Assembly: GCA_026391805.1 (NCBI GenBank)
Contig: JAPLDJ010000022.1
Span: forward strand, 2,253-66,252
Origin: Bacteroidota bacterium
GTDB lineage: Bacteria; Bacteroidota; Bacteroidia; Bacteroidales; FEN-979
DNA length: 64,000 nucleotides
Direction of reading: 5' to 3'
Shown here: positions 28,289 through 38,900 of the stretch, piece after piece
Position numbering within the stretch: position 1 is the first letter of the stretch
Layout: each line of letters begins with the position of its first letter
The notes under the pieces: model-generated
What the model was told of the DNA's origin: nothing
What the model saw: the letters and a program-made list of their open reading frames with translations, nothing else
Databases searched by the model: none
Made by a program: the position numbers and the translations under genes

Positions 28289-30418
28289 TTATCCCTTCCC
28301 GCCCCCCAAATCCAGCGTCACAAAAGTTCCCTTCATGTACATCCTTCCCGGAGCTACCGACTGTCTGATCACGTATCCCTTCCCGTTCAAAACAACTTTC
28401 AATCCCATCTGTTCGAGCAGGAAGACTGCATCTTTTACACCCATCCCGGTCACATCCGGCATGGTTCCGTTGAAATGGTTCGACGGCATCAGCATTACGG
28501 ATGAACTGTTCGAAACCGGAACGGCCCATTCTGCTTTCGGGTTAACCGGTTTTGCAGGAATGTTCAGCCAGAAATAGGTGTCTTCAATGTCCTTCTGGAT
28601 CCCGGCATAGGCCTGCGGGATGAAATACCCGGTCGTATCCTTTGGAGGCGGATTGTCTATATCGTGAAGATCCGCATAAACACGGTCGGCGATCTCTTTG
28701 AATACCGGAGCTGCAACAGCGCCTCCGTAATATTTTCCCTTCGAGGGGTTGTTAATGACCACGATCATGGAATACCGCGGATTGTCGGCCGGGAAATAGC
28801 CGACAAACGATCCCTTGTACCTGACGTTTTTCGTACCTGCAGCATAACCCTTGTTGTTCAGGGCAAGTTGTGCCGTTCCTGTTTTTCCGGCAATACGGTA
28901 AACCGGGTTCTTTAACGATGTAGCGGTTCCGCGCTGCACAACGGCTTCGAGTAAAAGTTGAGCTTTCCGGATCGTTGCCGGTGAACAGATTCTCGGGTTG
29001 ATGACCACCGGCGGAAAACTCTGTACAAGCTGTCCGTTCTTGCGGATCTCCTTTACAAACAAAGGTTTTACCATGACGCCATTGTTTGCAACGGCATTGT
29101 AGAGACTGACAATCTGCAAAGGGGTCAGGGAAACCTCGTAACCGATCGACATCCAAGGCAGGGATACAGCCGACCACCATTTACTCTTTGTATTCTTGAT
29201 GTAAGGCCTGCCTTCCCCGCCGATCTGAAGCTGCTGCGGAAGGTTGATCGACATCCGGTAAAGTCCGTCGATGTATTTTTGCGGATCATCAGCATAAGCG
29301 CCGTAAATAAGTTTGGAGGTGCCTACGTTCGAAGACTTTTCAAAAACTTCATGGGCAAGCAGTGTTCCTGTCATTCTATGGGCGTCTGTCATTGATCGGC
29401 CGTGATAGTTCACGCTTCCGTTCCCGAGGCTGACCGGCTGGTCAAGGTTTATCTTCCCATCTTCCATTCCGACCAGGAACGAAGCGAGTTTAAAGGTCGA
29501 TCCCGGTTCCGAGCTTTCACCGATGGCATAATTGAATCGCTCTTCGTACCCGCCCTTCGGACCTTTTCCAAGGTTTACAATTGCTTTGATATAACCCGTT
29601 CTGACCTCCATGACGATGACGCATCCATGGTCGGCGCTGTCGGCGATCAGCTCCTTCCGCAGGGCTGATTCTGCAAGATCCTGTAAATTGATATCAAGGG
29701 TTGTGATAATGTCATCACCGTTCTGCGGTTCCACATCGTTCTCCGTGTCAACCTGCATCCAGGCAGCATTGCCGATCCTGCGCATCAGCCGCTTTCCCCC
29801 GGTTCCCTGCAGGTTCTTGCTGAATGATCCTTCCAGTCCTACATAAACCTTTTCAGCAGCCTCTGCATTTTCATACCCGATGGTGCGCCTGGCCAGTCCC
29901 TTGAAAGGAAGCTCCCGTTGGTATTGCGGTTCAACGATCAGGCCTCCTTTGTATTTGCCCAGCTTGAAAATCGGGAACTTCCGTATCTGTTTCAGTTCGG
30001 GATACGTGAGGTTGCTGTGGATCGGCAGGTACCCTACGCCATTTCGCCTTCCTTCCCAGAGTATGTTCTTGTAATCGGAAGGCTTTTTATCTTTAAAGAG
30101 CTGTGAAAGATTCAGTGAAAGTGAATCCACCTCTTTTTGAAAAAGTTCATCGGTGATCAGGTCGGAACCTACATCCATATAGACGTCGAAAATCGGGATG
30201 GAGGTTGCAAGCAGGGTCCCGTCATCGGAACAGATATTTCCCCGGATAGCCTCTACCGTAACAAACTTCATCTCCTGCTTCCTGGCTTTTTCCAGCAATT
30301 CTTTGCTTTCCGTCGATTGAATATAGATCGCCTTTGCGAGGATTGCCGCCCCAAAGAGAAGGATGCCGAAATAAACGAGATAAACTCTCAGCAATATGTC
30401 TTTCCGGATGTCTTTCAT
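28289..30418 (-). CDS. ftsI: Penicillin-binding protein (FtsI/PBP3-type transpeptidase) with C-terminal PASTA domain
   Basis: 709 aa with an N-terminal TM anchor and the active-site triad motifs STFK, SSN and KTGT. It ends in a PASTA-like domain (MPDVTGMGVKDAVFLLEQMGLKVVLNGKGYV). Confidence 0.93.
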   Translation of the reverse strand: MKDIRKDILLRVYLVYFGILLFGAAILAKAIYIQSTESKELLEKARKQEMKFVTVEAIRGNICSDDGTLLATSIPIFDVYMDVGSDLITDELFQKEVDSLSLNLSQLFKDKKPSDYKNILWEGRRNGVGYLPIHSNLTYPELKQIRKFPIFKLGKYKGGLIVEPQYQRELPFKGLARRTIGYENAEAAEKVYVGLEGSFSKNLQGTGGKRLMRRIGNAAWMQVDTENDVEPQNGDDIITTLDINLQDLAESALRKELIADSADHGCVIVMEVRTGYIKAIVNLGKGPKGGYEERFNYAIGESSEPGSTFKLASFLVGMEDGKINLDQPVSLGNGSVNYHGRSMTDAHRMTGTLLAHEVFEKSSNVGTSKLIYGAYADDPQKYIDGLYRMSINLPQQLQIGGEGRPYIKNTKSKWWSAVSLPWMSIGYEVSLTPLQIVSLYNAVANNGVMVKPLFVKEIRKNGQLVQSFPPVVINPRICSPATIRKAQLLLEAVVQRGTATSLKNPVYRIAGKTGTAQLALNNKGYAAGTKNVRYKGSFVGYFPADNPRYSMIVVINNPSKGKYYGGAVAAPVFKEIADRVYADLHDIDNPPPKDTTGYFIPQAYAGIQKDIEDTYFWLNIPAKPVNPKAEWAVPVSNSSSVMLMPSNHFNGTMPDVTGMGVKDAVFLLEQMGLKVVLNGKGYVIRQSVAPGRMYMKGTFVTLDLGGGKG

Positions 30419-30849
30419 GGCGTTCTACCGGTGGAATCAGTTTGTTTTTTTAATAAAGCCTTGGAATAAAAAATCTTATACGGCGGTTTAGTGGTCCCTG
30501 AAATCCCGAGTGGTTCAACCCTTTTGGCGATCTCTGTTTGCTTGCTGTAATACAACAAGGTCGCTTTTGCCGTGATGTACTGGTACCGCAACTCCTTCAG
30601 CTCGTTTTTTGTTTTTTCGATATCCTTGAATGTTTTCTCAGAATAATAGGTGTTTGCGATATAAAGCATCGCGAGGATTGCAAGAAAGACAAGGAAGGGA
30701 AGGTTGCTGAGAACAGTACGCCTGGACAGGACGTCGCCGCCCATGATACTCTGGATCCCATGTGTGATCTTCCCCTGCTTTCTGACCGGGCGTACCTCTT
30801 CTTTTTCCTTTTCAGGTTCCGAAGCTGTATTTTTCACTTCTTCTTCCAT
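30415..30849 (-). CDS. ftsL: FtsL-like cell division protein
   Basis: 144 aa with a single TM helix (LPFLVFLAILAMLYIA) followed by a coiled coil. It lies between rsmH and ftsI. Confidence 0.7.
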   Translation of the reverse strand: MEEEVKNTASEPEKEKEEVRPVRKQGKITHGIQSIMGGDVLSRRTVLSNLPFLVFLAILAMLYIANTYYSEKTFKDIEKTKNELKELRYQYITAKATLLYYSKQTEIAKRVEPLGISGTTKPPYKIFYSKALLKKQTDSTGRTP

Positions 30850-30855
30850 CTTGCT

Positions 30856-31749
30856 TTATAGCTTTTCAGCGATCCGCAACCGGGCGCTCCTGGCCCTGCT
30901 GTTCAATGCGATTTCCTCTTTTGTCGCAACAACCGGCTTCCTGTTGAGAACCTTCAGCGGAACGATCGGGTTCCCGTAAAAATCTTTTTCTATGTTGCCC
31001 GAGAATTTTCCCGACCGGAAATATTCCTTGACCAGCCGGTCTTCCAGTGAATGATAGGAGATGATCACCAGCCGTCCGCCCTGCTTAAGCACATCCGTGG
31101 CCTGGATAAGAAATTCTTTCAGGGCATCCAGTTCCTGGTTCACTTCGATCCTGAGTGCCTGGAATACCTGTGCAAAGAATTTATTCTCCTTTCCCCTTTC
31201 TGCAGCCGGCATCAGTATCTCTTTCAAGTCTTCCGTGGTATTGATCAGTTTTTCTTTTCTCCCTGAGATAATGAGCCTGGTGATTTTCATTGCATTGTGC
31301 AACTCCCCGTATTCCCTGAAAATGGCCACCAGTTTATCTTCCTTGTATTCGTTCACCACTTCGCGGGCCGACATTTTTTTGTCCCTGTTCATACGCATAT
31401 CGAGAACCCCTTCAAACCGTGTGGAAAATCCCCTTTCGGGATTATCGATCTGGTGCGACGAAACGCCTAAATCAGCGAGAATTCCATCAACCGGAACAGC
31501 CTTATACAACTTGAGAAAGTTCCTGAGGTGCCTGAAATTGTTGTGGATCAATGTCAGTCGATCATCTTCCGGCTTATTGGCCATGGCGTCTTCATCCTGA
31601 TCGAAAGCATACAGTTTTCCGTCTTGCAGCTCTTTTAATATTGCCTTTGAATGCCCCCCTCCGCCATAGGTTGCATCAACATAAATCCCCTCTGGCCGTA
31701 TCGCCAGTGCCCTGATGCTTTCTTCGAGCAGAACGCTGTTATGAAACAT
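30856..31749 (-). CDS. rsmH: 16S rRNA (cytosine1402-N4)-methyltransferase
   Basis: 297 aa with the DATYGGGGHS SAM motif and full-length MraW/RsmH-like sequence. Confidence 0.95.
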   Translation of the reverse strand: MFHNSVLLEESIRALAIRPEGIYVDATYGGGGHSKAILKELQDGKLYAFDQDEDAMANKPEDDRLTLIHNNFRHLRNFLKLYKAVPVDGILADLGVSSHQIDNPERGFSTRFEGVLDMRMNRDKKMSAREVVNEYKEDKLVAIFREYGELHNAMKITRLIISGRKEKLINTTEDLKEILMPAAERGKENKFFAQVFQALRIEVNQELDALKEFLIQATDVLKQGGRLVIISYHSLEDRLVKEYFRSGKFSGNIEKDFYGNPIVPLKVLNRKPVVATKEEIALNSRARSARLRIAEKL

Positions 31750-32215
31750 TTTCTGGTTCTTCAGGTTTCTGGAGGTTACCCATTACTTTTTCGGCGAGAT
31801 CGGAATAATCTTCTGAAGAGATTTGCAGGCTCTTTTCATATTCCTCCTTCGCCCATACCTCTATCCGGTTAGAGAAAGCCGATAAAATCAGGTCTTTCTG
31901 GATAAGGGCATAGTCCAGTAAAGTTTTGGGTATAAGGACACGATTGCTGGCGTCAAGCTGAAGTTCCGTTGCCCCCCTGTTGAAATTCCGGGCAAAATTG
32001 CGGTGGTCTTTAATGAACAGGTTTAATTTATTTATATCCTGGCTGACTTCCTTCCACTCATTCAGAGGGTACATCGTCAGGCAATTCTCAAACCCCCGGT
32101 TGATGACGAATTTCTCCTGTGCTTCCGGCGGGATCTGTTTCTTTAACCCGGCGGGCAGGATGATCCGGCCTTTTTCATCAATACGGCACTCATATTCTCC
32201 GTGAAGGATCGTCAT
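31739..32215 (-). CDS. mraZ: Transcriptional regulator MraZ
   Basis: Two SpoVT/AbrB-like repeats (DEKGRIILP and DASNRVLIP). I chose the start at Met39 of the 196-aa ORF (MTILHGEYECRIDEKGR), giving a typical 158-aa MraZ. The longer N-terminal extension would overlap the MraZ-box region. Confidence 0.9.
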   Translation of the reverse strand: MTILHGEYECRIDEKGRIILPAGLKKQIPPEAQEKFVINRGFENCLTMYPLNEWKEVSQDINKLNLFIKDHRNFARNFNRGATELQLDASNRVLIPKTLLDYALIQKDLILSAFSNRIEVWAKEEYEKSLQISSEDYSDLAEKVMGNLQKPEEPENVS

Positions 32216-32256
32216 AGCAGGGGGGCAATGATTTGAGGTTGTAAATATATTACAAT

Positions 32257-32282
32257 TCCCCACAAATCCCCACTGGTCCCCA
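32257..32282 (-). promoter_or_regulatory. Three phased TGGGGA direct repeats (candidate MraZ operator) upstream of mraZ
   Basis: The minus strand reads TGGGGAccagTGGGGAtttgTGGGGA. The plus-strand TCCCCA copies are at 32257, 32267 and 32277, exactly 10 bp apart, 42-67 nt upstream of the mraZ ATG. Confidence 0.6.
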
Positions 32283-32394
32283 CCATTAAAATTATGAATT
32301 GTTAATAAAAATATGAAATTAACATGCAATAATCATATAATCAGTATTTTGAAAAATACTGTTAATATCGTTGTTAATTAAAAAATAGGGAGTA

Positions 32395-34701
32395 TTAGCG
32401 GATCACGAACAATTTAACGGTGAAACGATAGAATGTGCCCTGTTCCGTTTGTGGAGAGATAGAGATAAAATATAAACCGGTGGGGAAGGATTCCAGTGAA
32501 ACCGAAGCAGAATTTCCGGTATTTACCGATGACCTGTATACAGGCTGTCCAAGCGTGTTTGTTACAAGGATTTCATATGGACCATTATTGTTTTGCTTCA
32601 AAGGTTTTATTATGACGAACTGGTTGGCAGGATTGGGGTAGATTGTGAAATTGAGCTTTTGGGTCGATTCTGTATCACCGGTTCCTGTATAAACAACAGG
32701 CTGGCTTTTATGGCTGAAGTAATTCAATCCTCCGGAGAAATTTCCGACAATCAGATCAGGATAATTTGAATCCTGGAGATTGGCGATTGTCGCCGCGGTC
32801 CGGTATCCGTAACTTGAAGGCACAGCAGTTCCGCAGATGTCAGGCAAAAGAGAATCCGCCTGTGTGAAGATTCCGGAAAGATTGCCGTCAATGTTTGTAA
32901 AAAGATGAACTTTCCCTTCCTCGCACCCGACGATCAGGCAGGTTTTGCCCATAAGATCCTTAAAGAAATAAGGGGTGCTGAATCCGTCGTACGAAATCGA
33001 GTAGTTGGTCACATTCACTCTTCCGAGACTGTCGGTTACATGAACAAACAGTGGAGAAGAACCCGTTCCTTCGTTATGATAATAAACGATCTTCCCTTTC
33101 TGGTTGCCGATCACAAGATCAGGCAAACCGTCAGCATCAAGGTCATACAATTGAGGCGCACTGAAATCCCCGGCGTCAATATTCATATAGTGGGTCTGGA
33201 GCGAAGTAAATACAGGGTCTTGTCCCGTACCGGCTGTATTCTGGAAATAACTTAATGTTCCGTCGGCATTGCCTGTGATCATATCCACATCGCCGTCGCC
33301 ATCAGGATCTCCGAAAGCAGGATAAGCTGCCAGTTGCTTCAGCCCCGACAGGTTCCCGAAATCGTCTGTTACGAGATGGAAAGATGGATTGTTCACCGGA
33401 CCGGTATTTTTATAATACGAGATCCGGGTGCTGAAAACTGATTGTAATGTGGCCTGGTAATAAAAGGAAGAATCATAATATCCGTAGTTTCCGATCAGCA
33501 GATCGGGCAATCCGTCGCCGTTGACATCTGTAACAACAGGAAAGGAATTCGTCCCGACATCGATCATCTCGTTCTGGAAAAAATTGTGTGTCCGGAACTC
33601 GAAAACAGGCTGATCATTGGTTCCGGTATTCTTATAGAACCAGCAGCTGTATTTGTTTTCTGTTTTATAAAGGGAAGGATCGAAAGGGGAGACCACGAGA
33701 TCCCGGATGCCGTCATTGTCTAAATCAAGATATGAACAGGAAGGGAATGAGAAAAGCCATATCGGATAAGGATTTCCGGGGAAGGTGCTGTCCTGGCTGT
33801 TCATATGGGCTGAATCCAGGGTCCCACCATTTGTCAGAGAGATCAGGTTGGGGAAATCGATATCGCCCAGGATCAGATCCTTCATGCCATCCCCGTTCAG
33901 ATCAGCGGCAAGAAGGGTTGAGCCGGTATGTTTTGGCGCGGACGGGTTACATGATAACCCTGATATTCCTGAAAATTTATACGGACAGGTAATATCAAGC
34001 GTCACCTTGTTCCCACCTTCACTCTCCTTGAAATCACCCCAGCATTTATCAGAAAGCCTGAAATCAAGGCTGTCGCAATTCCCGTTTTTCTCGATCGATA
34101 GGTTCTTGTGATATTCAACATAAGAACCCAGCCCGAAGAAAGTGAGCAGGTCCATGTCTCCGTCACCATCGATATCTGCAATGGCTGGATAATCAACCGG
34201 CGTGACAAGAATTCCGACTTTCCCCGTATAATAAAAAGAGGTCAGAAGATCAGTGATCAATTGAAATTTCAGTGAAGTGTCGCTGACATTTTTAAAGACC
34301 CTTACTCCGCCGACCGAGTAGGTGAAAATATCCTGTTTGCCGTCGCAATTGTAATCTGCAAAGATCACCCAGTCGTGAATATCAGGGAAAAGGGATGAAT
34401 ATTCAGGATGGAAAGAATAGTTTATTTCACCCGTTGATCCTTCATTGATGAATGGAAGGATGCGGTTTCCGTAACGGTCGAAAATGATCAGGTCGGGTTT
34501 TGCGTCGAGGTTAATATCGATGGATCCGAACTGGCAGGAATTCATACCTCCGGCCCAGGGAAATTTCAGTGGCACATCCGGCAGATTCTGGCTGAAAACA
34601 GGATTACAGGAGAATGAAGCAAAGATCACCAGCAACAGGCCGGATCTGAACTTTTGATGTCCAAACCTGCTTGCAACAAGAGACCGCCAAAACCTTCCCA
34701 T
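32395..34701 (-). CDS. FG-GAP/VCBS repeat protein with T9SS C-terminal sorting domain
   Basis: 768 aa with a signal peptide and many DxDGDGxxD / DxNGDGxxDL calcium-binding FG-GAP repeats. The C-terminal roughly 80 aa looks like a type A T9SS CTD (LNFTIYPNPANQFVII...GLYFISI...KLFVIR). Confidence 0.85.
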   Translation of the reverse strand: MGRFWRSLVASRFGHQKFRSGLLLVIFASFSCNPVFSQNLPDVPLKFPWAGGMNSCQFGSIDINLDAKPDLIIFDRYGNRILPFINEGSTGEINYSFHPEYSSLFPDIHDWVIFADYNCDGKQDIFTYSVGGVRVFKNVSDTSLKFQLITDLLTSFYYTGKVGILVTPVDYPAIADIDGDGDMDLLTFFGLGSYVEYHKNLSIEKNGNCDSLDFRLSDKCWGDFKESEGGNKVTLDITCPYKFSGISGLSCNPSAPKHTGSTLLAADLNGDGMKDLILGDIDFPNLISLTNGGTLDSAHMNSQDSTFPGNPYPIWLFSFPSCSYLDLDNDGIRDLVVSPFDPSLYKTENKYSCWFYKNTGTNDQPVFEFRTHNFFQNEMIDVGTNSFPVVTDVNGDGLPDLLIGNYGYYDSSFYYQATLQSVFSTRISYYKNTGPVNNPSFHLVTDDFGNLSGLKQLAAYPAFGDPDGDGDVDMITGNADGTLSYFQNTAGTGQDPVFTSLQTHYMNIDAGDFSAPQLYDLDADGLPDLVIGNQKGKIVYYHNEGTGSSPLFVHVTDSLGRVNVTNYSISYDGFSTPYFFKDLMGKTCLIVGCEEGKVHLFTNIDGNLSGIFTQADSLLPDICGTAVPSSYGYRTAATIANLQDSNYPDLIVGNFSGGLNYFSHKSQPVVYTGTGDTESTQKLNFTIYPNPANQFVIIKPLKQNNNGPYEILVTNTLGQPVYRSSVNTGNSASVSLESFPTGLYFISISPQTEQGTFYRFTVKLFVIR

Positions 34702-34725
34702 GGAACAAAAGTATCCAAACTTTTC

Positions 34726-34733
34726 CTACCTTT
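34726..34733 (+). promoter_or_regulatory. Candidate -7 promoter box (TACCTTTG) for the response regulator gene
   Basis: Exact TAnnTTTG match, with 20 nt between the box and the ATG at 34754. Confidence 0.45.
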
Positions 34734-34753
34734 GATACAAATAACACATCGCT

Positions 34754-35914
34754 ATGTCAAGGATTCTGGTGATCGATGATGAACGAAGTATCCGCAATAC
34801 GTTGCAGGAGATATTGAAATACGAGAAATATGAAGTTGACCTTGCTGCTGACGGACCGGAAGGACTGACATTGCTCGGAATCAACAAGTACAATGTGATC
34901 CTGTGCGACATTAAAATGCCTAAGATGGACGGCATCGAGGTTCTGGAAAAGATCCAGCCAATGACCGACACCCCGGTAGTCATGATCTCGGGACATGGAA
35001 CGATCGATACCGCAGTGGAAGCAATCAAGAAGGGAGCGTTTGACTACATCTCAAAACCACTTGATCTGAACCGGTTGCTGATCACGATCCGCAACGCAAT
35101 GGAGAAATCGATCCTCGTGGATGAAACCAAAACGCTAAAGCGGAAGATCGAGGGTGTTCATGAGATGATCGGTGAATCCGTAGAGATTCAAAAGGTGAAG
35201 GATCTCATTGCCCGCGTGGCCCCGACGGATGCCCGTGTACTGATCACAGGCGAAAGCGGAACCGGGAAGGAGCTTGTGGCCCGCTGGCTTCATGCCCTGA
35301 GCAACCGCTCAGAAAAACCATTTATTGAAGTGAACTGTGCAGCCATTCCTTCCGAGCTGATCGAGAGCAATCTCTTTGGCCATGAGAAAGGCTCTTTCAC
35401 ATCTGCGATCAAACAGAAAAAAGGAGATTTTGAGTTGGCAACCGGAGGAACCCTGTTCCTGGATGAGATCGGCGACATGAGCCTTTCCGCCCAGGCAAAA
35501 GTTTTAAGAGCATTGCAGGAGAATAAAATTACAAGAGTAGGAGGGGAGAAAGAGATTCCTGTGGATGTCAGAGTGATTGCTGCAACCAATAAAAACATCA
35601 AGGAAGAGCTGGAAAGGAAAAATTTCCGGGAAGATCTTTACCACCGCTTAAGCGTGATCCTGATCGATGTCCCGCCCCTCTCGAAGCGTTTGGATGATGT
35701 TCCATTACTAACAAAACAATTTATAGCCGAGATCTGCGAACACCAGGGCAAAGCCCCGCTTCCGGTCACTGATGATGCTTATACAGCACTTAAAACCATC
35801 AAATGGACCGGAAACATCCGGGAGCTGAGAAATGTGATCGAACGGCTGGTAATACTTTGTGATGGAAAGATAACAGCGGCAGATGTTGAGCGATATTCGA
35901 TGACGCTGTATTAA
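34754..35914 (+). CDS. Sigma-54-type (NtrC-family) response regulator: REC + AAA+ domains, no C-terminal HTH
   Basis: 386 aa with a receiver domain (ILVIDDE...CDIKMPKMDG). The AAA+ domain has Walker A GESGTGKE, Walker B FLDEIGDMS and a GAFTGA-loop variant, GSFTSA. The protein ends right after the AAA+ lid (RELRNVIERLVILCDG...). Confidence 0.85.
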   Translation: MSRILVIDDERSIRNTLQEILKYEKYEVDLAADGPEGLTLLGINKYNVILCDIKMPKMDGIEVLEKIQPMTDTPVVMISGHGTIDTAVEAIKKGAFDYISKPLDLNRLLITIRNAMEKSILVDETKTLKRKIEGVHEMIGESVEIQKVKDLIARVAPTDARVLITGESGTGKELVARWLHALSNRSEKPFIEVNCAAIPSELIESNLFGHEKGSFTSAIKQKKGDFELATGGTLFLDEIGDMSLSAQAKVLRALQENKITRVGGEKEIPVDVRVIAATNKNIKEELERKNFREDLYHRLSVILIDVPPLSKRLDDVPLLTKQFIAEICEHQGKAPLPVTDDAYTALKTIKWTGNIRELRNVIERLVILCDGKITAADVERYSMTLY

Positions 35915-35919
35915 TCCCC

Positions 35920-38900
35920 TTATTGATCTTTGATGCACCTTACCTGAAAAGCGTTTACCCTGCTGGAAGGATAGGAAGCTACGCTTGGATCAAAATCATT
36001 CATCCCGTGTGCCCAGGCTTTTGTATTGCCGCGCGGGGTTGATGACCAGAAGAAGGATGCAAATCCTGCATAATCCCACTGAACATTCAGATGATCGGCG
36101 CCGTACAAAAGCGCATTATAGCCGGAATAGCCCGAATACTTTAGAGGCGCTCCTGCAAAAGCATTGTTGGTCCAGTTCAGGAACAGGGTATTCCATTCAT
36201 TTTCCGTGGGGATGTGCCAGGCAGGCGGGCAAATTCCCTGCTGTGCGGGCGTCTCGTCATAACGCATCAGCTCATCCCATTGGTAGTATGCCTGAGATCC
36301 GCAATTTGATAAAAGGTCATTGTAGCAATATTTTTCCCAGGTGCAGTTATCCCTCTGGGCTGTGTTTGAAGGGATCATTGAGCCAAAGTTGAGGTTTGCG
36401 GCCATCCAGCACTGTGTTCCGATCTGGACCGTAGGATAACTTCTACCGTCGCGGATATCCGAAAGGTTGTTGCCGCAAATGAACGCTTGTGCTGATAGAA
36501 CGTTTATCGTTCTTGTCATGGCGGCAGTGCAGAGAGAGGCGTTGGTATAAGAATATGTGATGGTATGTGTGCCGCCGCCAGCAAGTGAGGGTGAAAAGAC
36601 ACTTGTCAGCGAATTGACTCCGGGACCGGAATAAGTGCCGCCAAGAGGAATACCCCCTTTAAGTTTTATGGGTTTGGCGTTCACAGTTGTGATGGTGTCG
36701 AAGCAGGACGGAAAAGTCACAACCGCAAGCGCGGCAACATTCATTGTAATCGTGTTGGATGTACCAGGATTTCCGGTCGGACAAACAATGTTCGAGGTAA
36801 GTATACAATTTACCTGCTCACCGGCAACCGGATTGTAGGTGTAAGTCGCTGAACTTGTTCCCACATTAGTACCGTTAACTTTCCATTGGTAAACCGGCGT
36901 GGATCCTCCATTGGTAGGAATGGCCGTGAAAATTACAGAAACTCCTGAACAGATCGGATTTGCGGAAGCTGTGATAGTGACGCTGACAGGCATGTTCGGG
37001 TTAACGGATACTGGTTGCTGGTTGCTGGTTGCTGGATTATTTATAGCACAAATTGCAGAAGAGGTCAATGTGCTACTGACAAGATCTCCGTTATTCGGAA
37101 TGTAGGAATATGTCGGACTATTCATCCCTACAGGATTACTGTTGACAAACCATTGGTAAGATGGTGATGATCCTCCGTTCACGGGGGTGGCTGTATAAGT
37201 AACAGAAGTTCCCGCACAAACAGGGTTGGCAGAAGCTGATACAGATATACTGACTGGCAGATTCGGGTTGACGGTCATGGTCACAGAATTGGAAGTTGCC
37301 GGGTTCCCGCTTGCACATGCGGCATTCGATGTAAGCGTGCAGGTGACGATGTCTCCAGTGGCCGGTAAATAGGAATAAGTCGGGCTGTTTGTTCCGGTAT
37401 TTGAACCATTGAGTTTCCACTGATAGACCGGTGCACCACCGCCATTAGCCGGTATTGCCGTAAATGTAACAGATGTTCCTGCACAGACCGGATTTGAAGA
37501 AGCGGCAATTGAAACGTTGACCGGAACAGTGTTGTTCTGAATCATCGTAATGACGTTAGAATTGGCCGGATTCCCGATCGGGCATGCAATATTTGAATTC
37601 AGGACACAGGAAACAACATTACCATTGTTCGGAATATATGAATAGGATGAACTGTTGGTGCCGGCATTGATCCCGTTTACTTTCCATTGATAGGCAGGTG
37701 TTGAACCGCTATTTGTGGGCATAGCAGTGAAAGTCACGGTCGATCCCTGGCAGAAAGGATTGGAAGAAGCAGAAATCGAAACATTAACCGGCATATTGGC
37801 ATTAACGATCATCGTAACAGGTGCGCTTGTTGCAGGACTTCCTGTTGAGCACAATGCATCCGATGTCAGTGTGCAGGTGACAACATCCCCGGTTAATGGA
37901 ACATAGGTATAGACAGGATTGTTTGTCCCGACCGGCAAACTATTAACCATCCACTGGTAAACCGGCGTTGATCCGCCATTGACAGGTGTTGCCGTGAAAG
38001 AAACAGAGGTTCCCGAACAGACCGGATTAGCAGAAGCAGAAATGCCGACAGAAACCGGCAAAGCCGGGTTGACAATCATCGTTATGGCATTGGAAGTAGC
38101 AGGGTTGTTTGAAATGCAGTCGGTCAGCGAAGATGTTAGCTCGCAGGTTACAACATCATTGTTCAAAGGCGTATATATAAAAGATGTTGAATTCGTGCCT
38201 GAATTGGACCCGTTGACCTTCCACTGATAAAAAGGAATTGTCCCGCCATTGGTTGGTGTTGCGGTATATGTCACCAAAGTTACGCTGCAAACCGGGTTTG
38301 CGGAAGCATTAATGGAAACACTTACCGGAGAATTCGGGATTTCGGTCATCGTAATCGGATTTGATATCGCCGGATTTCCTGATGGACATGTTACATTCGA
38401 AGCTAACATACAAGTCACTATATCTCCGTTCACAGGAAAATAAGTATAGGACGGACTGTTTGAACCAACATTACTTCCGTTCACTTTCCACTGGTACGCC
38501 GGCGATGTGCCACCGTTAACGGGTGTCGCTGTGTAGGTGACAGATGTTCCCTCGCAATAAGGATTTGCTGAACATGTGATGGTAACACTCACCGGTAAAG
38601 TGCTGCTGACTATCATCACAATCTGGTTGCTGGTGGCCGGGTTGTTCGTGGCGCAGGCTAAACTGGAAGTAAGCCTGCATGTCACCACGTCTCCGTTGGA
38701 AGGAGTGTACGTATAATTTGGACTGTTTGTGCCGGCATTATTGCCGTTTACTTTCCATTGATACACCGGTGAACTGCCGCCATTTAAAGGAACAGCAGAA
38801 AAAGTTACCGGAGTTCCCGAACAGACCGAGGTGTTTGTTGCAGATATTGTAACGCTGACATTAGCAGTTGGATTTGACACCGATCCGTCAAAAAGGGTAT

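Noticed and set aside
31739-32329. Extended 196-aa mraZ ORF starting at 32329.
   Set aside because: The extra 38 residues have no MraZ similarity and would be translated across the TGGGGA operator and promoter region. Met39 gives a canonical-length MraZ.
34702-34753. Possible sigma-54 (-24/-12) promoter on the minus strand upstream of the FG-GAP gene (TTGGATACTTTTGTT).
   Set aside because: The spacing between the GG and the TTG element does not fit TGGCAC-N5-TTGC, and the GC dinucleotide is missing.
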